Origin: the human T2T-CHM13v2.0 reference genome, Homo sapiens | Reading direction: 5' to 3' (one strand) | Assembly: GCF_009914755.1 (NCBI RefSeq) | Contig: NC_060945.1 | Length of the DNA stretch: 64,000 nucleotides | Part shown: piece by piece, positions 43,921 to 60,556 of the stretch | Numbering within the stretch: the first letter of the stretch is position 1 | Layout: every line of letters begins with the position of its first letter | The notes under the pieces: model-generated | What the model was told of the DNA's origin: nothing | Seen by the model: only the letters and a program-made list of their open reading frames with translations | The model's database searches: none | Position numbers and translations under genes: made by a program

Positions 43921-44152
43921 GAACTGAGAAGTATATGTGTGAATAATAAATCTACAGTGAATATAAACTAAATAAATAAGTAAATGAAAGAATAGTAAAT
44001 ATGTACATGAAAGTAAAACGTATTGAAGTCTTAGAGTAAAATGAAGATGACAGAGGAAAGTCAATTAACGTAAAAGATAGCACACTTTAAATTATCCAGT
44101 TTGAAGAATAGAAAGAAAAAAAAGGTTGAAGAAATGAACAAAGCCCCAACTA

Positions 44153-44523
<371 letters not shown>

Positions 44524-46782
44524 TTAAGAATGCTGAATCTTTGAGAAGATATTTCTTTTTAAAAGATAAACCTCTAACGAGACTGGTCAGGAGAAAAAAT
44601 AAAGAAAACACAAGCTACCAACATCAGGAATGAAAGATAGGCTATTACTATCATGGTACAGACATTAAAAGGATAACTAGATAATATTTAGAGTAACTTA
44701 ATACCAACAAATTTGGTAACTTAAATATGAAATGAACAAATTCCCTGTAAAACACAATTTACCAAAATGGACACAGACAAAAAATAGGAAACCTAAATAG
44801 TCTTATGTCTATTAAAAATTTTGAAGTTGCTATCAAAAACCTTCCTACAAAGAAAATCGCAGGCTTGAGTGGTTTCACTGTTGCATTCTACCAAACACAA
44901 ATGAAGACCTTTAATCCATACAAACCTAGGAAAAAGATGAGCTGGGCATATTTTCCGACTCACTTTATGAGGCCATCATAAGCCTAATATGAAAACTTGA
45001 CAAATATATTATGAATAATGAAAGAGCAACATCAACACAGATTGAAAAATACTTATAAAAATATTAGCAAATTCAACCCAGCAAGATATAAAAACAATAT
45101 GTCAAGATGTAGATTTTTTTTCTAAGAAAAACAAGGTAGAGTTTAACATCAAATAATCAATGCAGTTTAACAGAAAAAAATTTTAAAACATGTAATCATT
45201 TCAATGAATGTGTAAAAAGCGTTTAACAAAATTAACACTGATACATGATAAAAATTCCCAGAAAACTCGGAATAAAGAGATTATTCTTAAGCTAATAAAG
45301 GAAATCTACAAAAAATACAACATTATACTAACTGGTGAAATATTGAATATTCTCCTCCTAAAATCTAGGCCAAAGCAAGAATTCCCACTCTCATCACTTT
45401 TATTTAACATTGTAATGGTGCTTCTAGCAATGGTATAAAGCAAGGAATAAAAGGCATAAAGATCAGAAAGGAAGAAGGAAAACTGTCTTTATTCAAGGAA
45501 GATCATTTGATTTTCAATTGCCTGTTGCTAATATATGAACACCATTGATTTTTGTATATTAACTTTGTTTCCTGTAACCTTGTTTTAAAGAATTTTTTAA
45601 ATAGATTTTTTAAAGGATGCTCTAAAATAGCACAAATCATGAAGGTGCAGTTGATAAATCTGACTCAATTACAATTAAGGATATCTATTCATCAAGACAT
45701 GATAGAGGAGTAAAAAAAAAGTCTAGTCATGAACTAGGAAAAGATATTTGAAACCCATGTAACTGACAAAGGATTGCTATAAAGGATAGGTAAAGAACTC
45801 CTTCAAACCAGTGAGAAAAAGACAAATAACATGATTTTTTAAATATACAAATAGGATTGCCACTGAAAAGAAAAGCTAGGTAGTCAATAAGGATATGGAA
45901 AGAAGCTCAACCTCACAAAAAGTCAAGGAATTACAAATAAACCAATGTTAAAATATCACTTTACTTAACATCAGATTGCACTGATTACCAAATGTCGACA
46001 AGTTGTGGAGAAATAGAAACTCTTATGCAAATCTGGCAAAAAGGTAATTGACACACCCTCTTTGGCAAGCATTTTGACAACAGCCAGTAAATTGAAGAAG
46101 TCCGTATTGTTCTGATAGAAAGAAACTGGAAACATTATACCTAGTTGCCTATCAATTGGGGATTGAATCCTGTGGAATATTATACACATGTTAAAATGAA
46201 TGAAGCAAATATATTTTTATTAATGCAAATACATTTCAAAAGTTAAAAATAAGATATAAGTTGAAAAGGCTGCATACTAGGATACCATTTCTGATTATTT
46301 TAAAAAACAACAAAATAATACCATGTATTGTTTATGGGTATCATGGGAATAATGCCCACTGACTCAGGAAGAGTGGTTAATTCTGGGGAGGGAGGAAAAA
46401 GGATGGATTAAAGGAGTACTTTTATGATTTTATTTCTTTTTAAAATGAGAGGCATTTTTAAAGTGAGAGGCATCAAGGCATAAGTAACTGACAAGTTGAT
46501 GAATCTGGGTAGCACATATATAGATGACACTACATTAGATACCATTCAAGGAAAGGCATTTGACATATGGCTATTTAAAATTTTTATTTAAAGAAATCCA
46601 AATAACGCAGGTGGTGTGGGCAGCAAGTCCCAGCTGCTGGGTGTGAGAGAGGCTGGGAGAAGCCAGCCCTGAGGCTGGGAGTGGCACATGGGTCCTGGTT
46701 TGGGGGCCATTCTCATGCTTCATCCCGGTTGCCTGGCCAATACCCCAGGGGTTTATCTGGTGAGGGATGGGGAAGGGACCAC

Positions 46783-47223
46783 TGACAGAGTAGGAGCATT
46801 GCCATCTTGGACAAGCACCGCCATTTTAAAGTTCACCTTGATCAAAAACTGCCTAAATCCAAAGGGCATCAGCCTAATGGCTAAGGTCAGCAGGACCATA
46901 AACCACAAATGACATCTCTGACCAGAAACTTTCCAACCATAAGAAATAAACTCCTCCCCGACCAGAGGCATGCCAGGCCCAAGATAACCTCCCCTCCAGC
47001 CAGAGACATTCCAACCCCACCATAAAGTTCTCCCCAACACGGAAACATTCCAAGCTTGTGATAAGCTCTCACCCTAAAACCAATAAATACTCTTAGTCTG
47101 TAAGAGAGAGTGCTCCTGACCAAAGTGACCAGAAGCCCCTCTCAGGTTTATTCTCCAAAATCAACCTGTCTTTGACTGTTGAGCCACTTTTTGCATTTCT
47201 TTCCTCTTTCTTTAACTCTTACA
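46783..47223 (+). mobile_element. ERV1 solo LTR (LTR15-like) with 5-bp target-site duplication ACCAC
   Basis: tgacagagtaggagcattgccatcttggac...ctttaactcttaca; accac at 46778 and 47224; family name from recall. Confidence 0.8.
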
Positions 47224-49129
47224 ACCACTTTTAAATCCCAGAAGCATCCAGCTTGATGGCAAATAAAAGTCTTAAGTCCTTTCACATTTTAAAATTTTAA
47301 TTCCCAGGTCTTTGGGCCCCTGCAGTGCAATCTCAACTTTCTCTCTATATTAGCAGAGTCGACAGATCCACCTGAGGATGAGTGCCTGACTGTGTCCTGG
47401 ACAAGCAAGGAGCTTGAACTAGAGAGGGAATTAACATCCCAGTGGAGAAGCACTAGAAAGAGTCAATGTTTAATACAAGTAATCTCTGGATCAAATGCAC
47501 CATGGGTGTGTCACCCATGCTGTGCCCCAGGTCATCCCTCCCCTCGAAGTCTGTCAGAGAACATAAACTAAAGATTATTTTTCTGACTTCTTGAAAATGA
47601 CCATTACTTTGTTCAAAGAGAAGAAGGGTCATTGGTGGCTGCTCACCACTAGAGGAGAAGAAACGGTCTCTTTGATTTTTCATGGGAATCTAGAAATAGA
47701 ATGGTCAGAATTGAAAGTACCTTACATCTCATAAAATGCAACCATAGCTGGTGCCTAATCCCACCACATTCTCTGCAATTGTTAGCCTAGATGACTAGAG
47801 AGTAGTTTTTAGGGAATTCAAAAGAAATTGAAAGCAGGGCCCACCCTTAAGAAATATGTTGTCTACCAAAACAAAAACATGGTGGGACTATCAGAACTGC
47901 AAAGTGACTGTATGAGATGGCCCAGATGGAAACCACACATGACCTCTGGAGCCTTACCCTGGGGCTTCCCTGTTTGTGCAGAGAAAAGGGTGATTTCCCT
48001 GTGTGGAGGAGGAGCCCCTTACAGTCGGCTACCTTTCCAGGGCTGGTGTCCACAGGACTCTGGGTGGTTTGTGCTAAAGGTGCCCTGTGGACATTTCTTA
48101 GGTTTGAGGCAGGCATGCCTCTCACTTGACTCTTCCTACTCACCATCAGCTCCATGTTTCAAAGGATGCTTTTTCCCTGCTGTAATGTATTCATCTCATT
48201 CACTGTTTACTCCATCCAGGAACTGAAAGCAAAGTGTGAGATCACAAAATATGGCAACATCTTCAGGCAAGAGCCTACCTTAATTGCCAATGCCTCCTGG
48301 TGGCTCTTCATTATAGAGGCAGCCCATGTTCTCAAGACTTATAATAGCCCTGTTTTACATATCAAATGGCAAGAAGCTAAATACCAACTCTCCTTAATAC
48401 ATTATTCATACTTCCGTGGCACTCATATGATATCTTGTTTTTCAATGTCTTAAGGAGTTTTACCGAAGAGTTAAGATTTGTTGAGTTCCTATGGACAGAA
48501 GTATTATTGAACAAAGAATATCAGTCAATATTTATTTAACATCCACTGTGTGCACAGCCTTCAGTCCAGGTGCTGTGGGAGGTTACAAAAGAAGAAGATG
48601 ATATGGTCAGTGTTGATAAGAAAGCTGCAGTCATGGAGGCATCATAAACTCCAACTCAGCCCCCAGCATTATGAAATCCATGCAGCATTCATATCGATAT
48701 GTCGTGTCCTCTAGCAGCTCAACATATTAAGAGGGGTTGAGAAGGTAAATATGGTCATTTAAAAAATCAATTCACAGATACACATACAGTCAACAGGGAG
48801 GAAAAATATGTGGTTTTAGGCCTCAATGTTAGCACAACACTCCTAATAGAGGAAGTCTTAAAGGGAAAGAAGACTCTGAATTGGCTCTGCCAGGCAGAGG
48901 TGATCTGACTGAGTCAATGGAGATGTGTTACTTGAGAGGTGAGAAAGAGGATAGTAAATGGAGATGCAACAAGAAAATACCTTTCTCCAGGGCAGCAGGG
49001 CAGGGCCAGACAGTCCTGAGACTCAGAGTAGAAATGGTGGATGATGCCCTGGACAGCCCTTGGGCAGAAGAGTACTTGACTTCCAGATGGCAGCTGCTCA
49101 AGAACCCAAGGTGCAGTGGCCATGACCTG

Positions 49130-49675
49130 GGCTCTTCACTCTCCTCTACCCTCTTAGGTTCTTCAGCTCTCTGCAAATTAAACTTGTTAAAAAGGAAGAT
49201 TAACAGGAGAAAAAGAAAACAAACTTGATGTTGATATTTTAATTTTTATGTGCATAGAGACCTTCATAGAAAAGAAATGAAGATCCCAAGAAGTGGTTAC
49301 ACCTAGGGGCTTATATACCACTTTAACAATAGGTAATAAATTATGGAGAAGTGATAAGGGGAAGGGAAAGAAATTTGGAGTCCTAGAGGTGGGAAATTGT
49401 GGGAAGGTAAATATCTGAGGGAAACTAATGGAAGATGAAGGTTATTTTAGTAAAGTTCATTTGTGCAGACCCATCTCAGTGCCAACTTTCAGTCCCCTGG
49501 TAGGGGAGAGAGGAAGAAATACCTTCACAAAGGAAAATTTATGTCCTGCTTTGAGGCAGATTAAGGAGGCCAAAGTGCTCTTTCTGCATTTGATGCTTCT
49601 TCATTGCCTTCATCTCAAAATAATTCCTATTCCAAAGCGGCATATCTCGGGGATAGCAATTCTGATCTCCTTCAC
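49130..49675 (-). mobile_element. ERV1 LTR, MER34-like
   Basis: minus strand starts tgaaggagatcagaattgctatccccgagatatgccgctttgg...attattttgagatgaaggc. Confidence 0.6.
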
Positions 49676-50687
49676 TTTCATCTCTGCTGAGGTACAGGAA
49701 GACTGACAGGTGATGCCCCATAGGGTCTAGAGACAGAAAAGTGGAATTCAAGTTTTGTGGGTGTCATTGGACATCCAGCCATAGTTTCCTGCTGGATAAT
49801 AATGATGCCTTCCTTGCCCACCCTCACAAGGTAGGTGTGAGGCTCAAGCAATGGTAGGCAGTGCAACCTGAAGGGTGAAGCACTGTCCACCTGCTGTTAG
49901 CAGATGTCATTGCTGTTATAAGAAGTAAACACACAATGACTACTCTATAGTGGTTGTGACTGTCTCAAGATGCAAACTCTGTAGACATACTCAATCAGTC
50001 CCTCATGATTCTGTTCAGTTTGACTTGACCTAACTCACCGGCCAGCCTCCTGGGCTGTCTCCCCCTCGAGGTTTCATGCCCAGAGTGACTGTTCACTCCT
50101 GGAGCAGATCCTTGCCTTCACCATCCCTTCTAGCTCTTCTCCTGAGCCTCCTCTGCTTGGGTGGGAGTGGCTCTCAGCTCAGCTCCCTGCCACCCCAGCT
50201 GCAGGAGGATGGAAGTCATTGATTGCAGTAGGGTGTGTGTGAAAGTGGGATGGGTAAATGAAGACAATAAACCATCTTGACCTGGCCCGAAGCTCACAGG
50301 TTTGGAGCCTTGAAGTGCAGTGCTGACCTCTGAGCCCAGAAGTCAGTTTTCCAGCAAATGGCATGGCTCTGGTGGCTGAATGATTAAAAACCTTCAGCAA
50401 AGGAGGCTGAATGCCTGCTGATCATCAGACTTTTATAGATTCCAGGTAAAGCAAAGGCAGGAAGAGAGGCAGGGACCCTGGGCTTGTTTATTTGACATAA
50501 TGAGGGTTATTTGGTCATAATTCAATACACTCAATGTGCCAAGGTACAGTTTGCAAAAGAACACAGCCATAAAGCAGGTGAGTTCAGAGAAATCCAGAGA
50601 TAATACAAAGCTCATGGGGTTATTGTGAGTGACAAGGAATGCAGAAGCAAGCACTGGGATCGCATTTCCCAACCCCCACCCCACTCC

Positions 50688-50979
50688 TTTTTTTTCTGAG
50701 ACAGAGTCTCACTCTGTCACCCAGACTGGAGTGCAGTGGCATGATCTTGGCTCGCTGCAACCTCCAACTCCAGGGTTCAAGTGATTCTCCTGCCTCAGCC
50801 TCCTGAGTAGCTGGGAATACAGGTGTGCACCACCACGCTCAGCTAATTTTTGTGTCTTTAGTAGAGACGGGGTTTTGCCATGTTGGCCAGGCTGGTCTTG
50901 AACTTGCGACCTCAAGTGATTCGCCCACCTCAGCCTCCCAAAGTGCTGGGATTACAGGCATGAGCCACCGCGCCCGGCC
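50688..50979 (-). mobile_element. Alu (S-type)
   Basis: reverse dimeric Alu. Confidence 0.95.
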
Positions 50980-51234
50980 CCCAAACCTTTTTGACTTGTG
51001 AACACATTTCACAGGGAAAAGAAACCCATCTTACCCATCTTGTTTGGAATTTTACAAAAACTTATTTGCAGTAACCTTGTCTGGCATAAGATAAGATGAA
51101 CTGATATAAAACTATTTTATTTTAGATAAGCGTTTCATCAAAAATGCAATAATTCAGATTATGGTCATTTGTTTTCCTTTTTAACCTTATTTTTAATTCT
51201 AGAGAAATTTTGATGTGCTCTATGAGACTTTTAA

Positions 51235-51891
<657 letters not shown>

Positions 51892-52426
51892 TAGAGCTTT
51901 GAAGCACTTGATGACCAAAACTGATGTAACTACTAGGACCTTGAGCTGAGCAGGGGCTGCAATCTCAACATCAGACAAAATAGAATTCAGGCCAGCAGGC
52001 ATCAGACATGATGAAGACAGACGCTTGGCAGGTCACAGTTCACAATGGAGCAATAACAGTTATAAATATTTTTGCACCAAGAAAGGGATAGGAAAAGTAT
52101 ATTTATTTTATAAGCCAGAAACAGTGAGATACAAGCAGAAATAGACAAAACCCATAACTGGTCATGAGAACATCATTCTGAAGATAAGACAAGTCAAGTG
52201 AACAAAGAAAAAAGTAAGTAAAAAAATAGAACTCAAGGAATATAATTAATAAGGCAGATCTGATGAATAGACATATACACTGTGTATGTATGTATACATA
52301 TGGATATGTCAAAGTTTAATTCCCAATATTAATACAACTTCTTCTCAAGCACACATGAAATATTCACAAAATTTAATGGTACATTTGCACACAAAAAAGC
52401 AATAAGTTCCATAAAGTAAAAGTTTT

Positions 52427-52748
<322 letters not shown>

Positions 52749-53449
52749 CTATGATCAAGTGCAACAAAACCAAAAAATATTAACATTATTGCACATGGAA
52801 ATGGAAATATCTTCTATTAAATACTTGTGGCTAAAAGATAAATTACTAACCAAAATTATAGAATATTTTAGAAATTATGATAATAAAAACACCACATTTC
52901 TGAATCTATGGGCAATATTTAAAATGGTAATTAGTGGAAAGTGCATAGATTTAAACACATGCCATTAATCCATAAATTGAATTCCCAAACCAGAAAACTA
53001 GGAAAAGAATAGCTTGTTGAAAAAAGGCTGAAAGAAAGCAAAGGGAAAGAAATCAATGAAGTACAGAAGAGAAAAAGAGTGGAATTCTTTTTCACAAATT
53101 CAATCCCAGTTATTTTTAAAAATTAAACAAAATATGCAAACCACTGGCTAACCCAATAAAAAAAATGAAAAAAGGATCCACAAATATCCAGAATAAGAAT
53201 TGACAATGAAGGAAACAACTATTGAAACAGAAGAGTCTTTAAAAACGGTAAGAGGCTACCCTGAATAACTTTATGCAACTAATTTTTAATATCTAGATGA
53301 AACGCGTAAGTTCCTAGGAAAATAACAGTTTAACAAAATGGGTCCAATAGAGACATAGGGCTGAAATAAACCGTAGAAGAAATGGAAAACGTTATCAAGG
53401 AGCTGTCAACAAAATCATTAAACAGGATTTTGCTTATTTTTTTAAAAAA

Positions 53450-53902
53450 GAAAGAGACTTTATTCCAGTAAACATTTTGCAAACCAGGGAGACACCCCCT
53501 TCGGTACAAAACAAAGGTGCAATCTGAGACAACAAAGAGAGGGGTTGTCTTTTAAAGAGAAAGCTCCCTCTGGGTTCCCACTCTCGTCTGCTATGCAAAT
53601 AGGGGATGCAAACTTGCTTAGCTGTGGTTAGTTGACGCTTGTTTAGTTCTGATTGGTAGATGTGGGCCACATTCTCCTGGTGAGCTCCAGGGGCCGAGGG
53701 GAGGCTTTCCAGTAGCCGTTGATACAGGAGTGAACAGGAGCAGCTATGAATGTCCCAGAACGAAGCAAACATGTGGGTTTCCAGGAATGCAGAGTACGTG
53801 TGTGACGTCTAGTCAGCAAATGGCCACACGGCTCTATTTTGAATTTAGCCCCAGTTGGCTCCCCGGGATCCACCTTGAAGGGCTGGTTCTTTCGGGATTC
53901 CC
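53450..53902 (-). mobile_element. ERV LTR (MER72/LTR47-like) inserted in L1
   Basis: minus strand gaaagaaccagcccttcaaggtggatcc...ggctaaattcaaaatagagcc...ggccatttgctgactaga; family uncertain. Confidence 0.5.
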
Positions 53903-56900
53903 AGAAAAAAAAGCCGTAAGAATCTCCATGTCCAGATAATCTCACAGGGAAATTCTAGCCAAGCTTCAAGTACCTAACAGTCCCAATGCTGCAAAAATTG
54001 TTTCAGACACTTAAAAACAAAGGAAAATGCACAAATTTATACAAAAATGTGAACTGAAAATGTGTCATAGACAAAAGTATAAGCACCAAAGTTATAAAAC
54101 TCCTAGAAGAGAATATAATAGAACACGTCCGTGGCCTTGAATTAGGCAAAGATTTCTAGGTAGGAAACATAAAGTTTGAATCATAAAAGAAAAATGAGAA
54201 AAACTAGATTTCATCAAAATTAAAGATATTTTCTCTTTGAAAAATATTCTTAAGGAAATGAACGAAAAGGTAAGTCACAGACTAGGAGAAAATATTTGCA
54301 CAAAATATATCTAGTAAAGGACTTGTATGCAGAATATATAAAGAATTTTACAACTCATTACAAAGAAGAAAAAGACACCTGAGTTAAAAAGTGTTGAAGA
54401 TTTAGACAGATACTTTACCTGAGAAGATGTGTGAAAAATAAGCTCATGAAAAGATGTTCAACATCCTTAGTTACTAGTGAAATGTAAATTAAAATGAAAA
54501 CAGGATATCACATTCCACACACCACAATGGCTAAAATGTAAAAGACTAGTAAACCAAGGATGTAGTAAGCATTTGCAAATCTCCTCCATTGTGGCTGGGG
54601 AGACAAAATGGCTCAATCCTTGGAAAACAATTTTTTCAGATTCTTATGAAGTTAAACATAACACCGTACTATCCAGAAATCCACTCATAGCTACACTTCC
54701 AAGAAAAAAGGCATTTCCTCAAGCATTTACCCAAATCCCTTCACATACATGTGCATAATTGTTCATAGTAACTTTACCCATAATAGTAAAAAGCTGGGAA
54801 TAATCCAGATGTCATCACCTGGTAAATAGGTAAGCATATTGCAGTGTATCCTGCTGTGGAATACTACTCAGCAATGAAAAGGAACGAACCACCCTTCTGT
54901 GCAACAACCTGGAAGAATCTCAAAGAAAGCTGTGTGCTGTGTGAAAGAAAACAGACTTCAAAGACTGTGCACTGTCTGCACTGTGTGATTAAACTTACTT
55001 GAAATTCTAGAAGAAATGAAACTAAAGCAAAAAAACACAGATTCTTGGTTTTCTGGCGCTAGGGAGAGGCTATTGACAGCAAAGGGCACGACGGGATTTT
55101 CTTGGAGGGAATGAATGTTCTACATCTTGATTGTGGTAGTGTTTACACAGTTGTATACATTTGTCAAAACTCAATGAACTGATTCATTTAAAATGGGTGA
55201 GTTTTATTGTATGTGAATTATACCTCCGAGAAACTAATTTTTAAAAAAATCTCAAGGCATGAGCATTGCCATCATCAGCGTTACTAATGTGAACACAGTG
55301 AACTGATGAAATGACGGGGCAATTTGCAACGTGTGATAGGCACTGAGATCTCTCTCTGGACATCAGGAAGCTGCGTGTTGTCAGATGCCGAAGCCGAACC
55401 CACTTGCCCATTGGGCTGCAGGAAGGCTGAGAGTCTGTCCCCAGCATGGATAGCAGAGGGCGCTGTGGAGCATCATTAGCCTGTAGGGTTCTTTAGGGGA
55501 AAACACCTTAATGAGCCCTGTGCACTCGGAAGGTTGAATAGAGGGCCCTTCCTTCCTCTAAGCCACATTTCTGGTTGCGCCACATTAAGTCAAACAATTA
55601 TTAAGTGCTGAGCAGTCTTTGGATCACAGAAAACAAACACAGAGGCTGCAGCCACTGGGCCCTGTGGAAAACTGGCGGCCGTCCTGCGATGGTGTCAGCT
55701 CATCCGTGTCCGCGCTGCTGGAGGCCTGGCAGGAGCTGAGATCAGAGCCCTTCAGCGGGAGTGGGGCTACTCCTCCCTCCCCTGGTTTCCCTGGAAGCTG
55801 AGAAAGTTCCCAGGAAAGTGCTGAAAACCTCCCACCACTCTTTACACAGACCTGAGAGGGGGCTGAGGTGGGGGAAGCTCTGTTGCAGAGATGGGCTGAC
55901 TCGGGGAATAGGCCGGTGGGGCGGGACAGATGCTGGAGGGACAGATGGGGCGTCAGAGGAGACAGAGGCTGTCAGGGAGCTGTGGTCCTGCACATGGGAA
56001 CCAGTCCTTGCCCAGCCTGTCTGGAGGCCCCTGGGCTGCTGCTAGTTACTGAGAGGGCGCAGTGGCCAGGCTGCACCTCCCTGTGGCCTGGTCCCTCCAC
56101 TAGCTGGAGGAAGGTGGGGCTGCTCCCTCCCAGCCAGTGCCGAGTGGCTGCAGACCCAGAAGACACACGCTGTATATATTCCTGCATGCATGGCCCTGAA
56201 ATGGTGGCCTCATGGGTTGCAGTGTCCACGCTGCTTCCACAAGGAAGAAACGGCTGCTTGCTCCACGCCTGGGGGCCCCAAGGCTCAGGCATCCTTGCCG
56301 TGGCCCACCCAGCAAAGTGCAGCAAGAGGGAAGGCAACACGCCTGCCTATTTCACTGGCAAGGGCAGGCCCCCAGGGGTTTCTGGGAGAGGTACAATAGC
56401 AGAGTTCCAGCTTGGGGTGGGGATAGCTATGTGTCAGGACCACAGCATTAGCCAGGGCCACAGGCAGGTGAGGCAGAGGTAGGCAACCATGGAAGAGCCC
56501 CTGGGAGAGGAACCCCGATGTGCTTATGGAGGGGCTTGGTAGGCATTGGCCCTCCTGTGTGAGCAGGTGGAATGCTGAGGGTCTGATGGCCGGGTGCCCG
56601 CCACTGGGACAGTCACTGTGAGACAACCAGGACCACGTGTGTCTTCCCGGAAGAATGGGCCTAGGATATGAGGATGTGCATGTATGAACAATCATAGCAA
56701 GAACAGCTCTAAGCACATCCTAATTCAACTCATGAAGCCTCACCACAAACCCAGAAGGGAAGATGTTATGAATATCTGTACTTAGCATATGAGTAAAACT
56801 AGGGTCAAAAAGTCTACGTAACTTGTCCAAGGTCACACAGTGACCCTGAGAGAGAAATCGCTGTAGAGCCGAAGTGCGATAGATATTTTTGAGATCTGAT

Positions 56901-57104
56901 TCACACACCCTCATTGCAGCCCCCTGACTCCAGTTAACTGCCCAGCATCCCATGGTGGGGGTCAGATTGGGCTTCTAAGGCAGGGTGGGTTGAGGGGGAC
57001 ATCACACTGGGGCTGGCCCCTGAAGCAATAGCTAGAGATATTCATGCGTGTACCACAACTCCAAACTATAGATAATGAATATAAAATGCATGTAATGAAT
57101 ATGC

Positions 57105-58016
57105 AGTCTATTCCCATTACATATTCTCTATTTGCAAATTCGCCTACTCACTAAAATTTATTGGTGACCCTAAATCAATACTTGGGGTGCTTTCAAGGTC
57201 GTTTGCAGAAACGTACAAAGTGGTGACAAATTTGAGTCACAGACATGCATATTCCCAACTGAAGTCACACAAGGCCTTTTTTATTTTTGAGATGGAGTCT
57301 TGCTCTTTTCGCCCAGGCTGGAGCGCAAATGTGCGCTCGCAGCTCACCACAACCTCTACCTCCACCACCCAGGTTCAAGCAATTCTCCTGGCTTGGCCTC
57401 CAGAGTAGCTGGGATTACAGGTGCCTGCCACCACACCTGGCTAACTTTTGTATTTTTAGTAAAGACAGGGTTTCATCGTGTTAGCCAGGATGGTCTCGAT
57501 CTCCTGGCCTTGTGATCCGCCCGCCCCAGCCTCCCAAAGTGCTGGGATTACTGGCATGAGCCACCATGCCCAGCCACACAAGGCCTTCTTGCCTCAACCC
57601 ATACTGTGAACTAATGTCCTTTTCTTGGTCTATGTAGTGCCACGTTTTTATGCCTGTTGTTGGTGATTTCCCATTTAAGATGCCCCCATGTGCCATAGTG
57701 AGGAGCTGTCTGGTGTCCTGGGTGTGAGGTGATATGCCTCTGGGGAAAACACCAGGGGCAGGGCAGCCTCACTGGGGCTGGGAGACAGGGTGCCGGCCTG
57801 GAGTTCACCATTAATGTAACCACCGTGTGCACTCCACAAGGTGTCTACAGGAAACACCCTCGAGCCTGGCTACATATGGCTGGTTAATGAAATGCTCCCA
57901 GAAGCTTGCAGAAACCTGACCCTGTACTTCCCCAGGAGCGAGGGTTCCAGATTCACTAAGTCAGGGCTGGCAGCGACTTCATAGAGCTTAACTACATGAA
58001 TGCCAGAACGTACTGT
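57105..58016 (+). mobile_element. MER82 (Tigger-type DNA element) interrupted by an Alu
   Basis: tatttgcaaattcgcctactcactaaaatttatt...aaatcaatact...tagtgccacgtttt. Confidence 0.78.
57276..57574 (-). mobile_element. Alu with target-site duplication cacacaaggcctt
   Basis: reverse Alu flanked by cacacaaggcctt on both sides. Confidence 0.93.
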
Positions 58017-58307
58017 ATAGATACCCACTATAAATCAGCACTAAAGTGCCTGTGCACATACAGCTGTGCAGCACTTAACGACAGGGAAATGTTGTGAGAA
58101 ACGCGTCATGAGGGGTTTTGTCGTTGTGTGAACACCGTAGAATGTGCTTAATGCATAGCTAGAGGGCAGCGCCTGCTGCACACCCAGGCTGCACGGTTGG
58201 CTCCCAGGCTGCAAACCCGTGCAGCGACTGACTGGACTGAACACTGGAAGCAACCGTAACGCAGTGGTAAGCATTTGTGTATCTAAACATAGAAAAGGTA
58301 CAGCCAA

Positions 58308-58605
58308 GGCCGGGCATGGTGACTTATGCCTGTATCCCCAGCACTTTGGGAGGCCGAGGTGGGCAGATCCTGAGGTCAGGAGTTCGAGACCAGTCTGACC
58401 AACACGGTGAAACCCCGTCTCAACTAAAAGTACAAAAATTAGCTGGGTGTGGTGGCGAGTGCCTGTAATCCCAGCTACTTGGGAAGTTGAGGCAGGAGAA
58501 TCACTTGAACCCAGGAGGCGGAGGTTGCAGTGAGCCGAGATTGGTGCCATTGCACTCTGGCCTGGGCAACAGGGCGAGACTCCTTTTCAAAAAAAAAAAG
58601 AAAAA
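58308..58605 (+). mobile_element. Alu (S-type)
   Basis: dimeric Alu with A-tail. Confidence 0.95.
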
Positions 58606-58829
58606 AGAAAAGATACAGTCAAAACATGGTGTGAAAGATAAAGAATGGGACGGTATGTAGGCACTTACCATGAACGGAGCTTGCGGGACCGGACAAGACA
58701 GGGAGGGAGTGGGGAGTGAATTCGAAGGCCCAGGACACGACTGTCCTACCATAGACTTCATAAACACACGACATTTATAAAAAATACTATTCTTTCTTCA
58801 ATAATAAAATTAACCTCAACTTACTGTAA

Positions 58830-59176
<347 letters not shown>

Positions 59177-59967
59177 AAAATTCTGACTCTTTTTAATAAT
59201 ACTTGCTTAAAACACAAATGCATTGTGCAACTGTACAAAAATATTTTCTTTCTTTATATCCTTATTCTATAAACTTTTTAGTAATTTTAATATTTTTTAA
59301 CTTTTTTAGACTTTTTGTTAAAAGCTAAAACACACACACATTAGCCGAGGCCCTCGCAGGGTTAGGATTCTCACTGCCACCGTCGTCCACCTCCACATCT
59401 CGTCCCACTGGAAGGTCTTCAGGGCCAGTAACACGCAGGAAGCTGTCATCTCCTATGATAACAATACCTGACTCTGGAACCTCCTGAAGGGCCCGCCTGA
59501 GGCTGTTCACAGTTAACTGTTTTTATATAAGTAGAAGGAGTACACTCTAAAATAACAATAAAAAGTGTAGTATGTACATAAGCCAGTCACACTGCCATTT
59601 ATAATCATAGCCAGTATTAGGTGGTGTACATGATTTTATGTGCTGTACTTTCATACAACTGGCAGTGCAGTAGGTGTGTTGACTCCAGCCTTCCCACAAA
59701 CAGCTTAGTAACGCGTCATGCTGTGACGTTACAATGGCCCTGATGTCACCAGGTGATGGAAATTTTTCAGCTTCATTGTAACCTTATGGGATCACAGTCA
59801 TATACGAGGCCCACTGTTGACCAAAACATTGTCATGCGTGGTGCATGACTGTGTATGCGGCGAGCGCTAGGTATAGTGAATATATAAAGAATAAGTGTGT
59901 GTTATCCAGGATTACCACATTCTGGAGGCAGAGCTGGCTGTCCTACATGGTACTTGGAAGAAGTTTG

Positions 59968-60071
59968 TTTTTTTTTTTGATACGGAGTCTCGCTCTGTCA
60001 CCAGGCTGGAGCGCAGTGGCGTGATCTCAGCTCACTGCAACCTCCGCCTCCCAGGTTCAAGCCATTCTCCT
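59968..60071 (-). mobile_element. Truncated Alu right-arm fragment
   Basis: tttgatacggagtctcgctctgtcaccaggctgg...ccattctcct. Confidence 0.85.
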
Positions 60072-60184
60072 TGGAAGATGCTTTTTTATAGGAGGCCACA
60101 GGACAAGACCACAAGGCCACCGGCGGCCTCTGGCAGGAGCTCCATGTAGTGGGGGCCTGCTGTGTGCACCAGGCAGCTCACAAA

Positions 60185-60556
<372 letters not shown>

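Noticed and set aside
55450-55465. CTCF-like ATAGCAGAGGGCGC
   Set aside because: Both leading cytosines of the core are mismatched.
56830-56846. GGTCA-cacag-TGACC palindrome
   Set aside because: Five-base spacer rather than three, and it lies in MIR-like sequence; not a canonical oestrogen response element.
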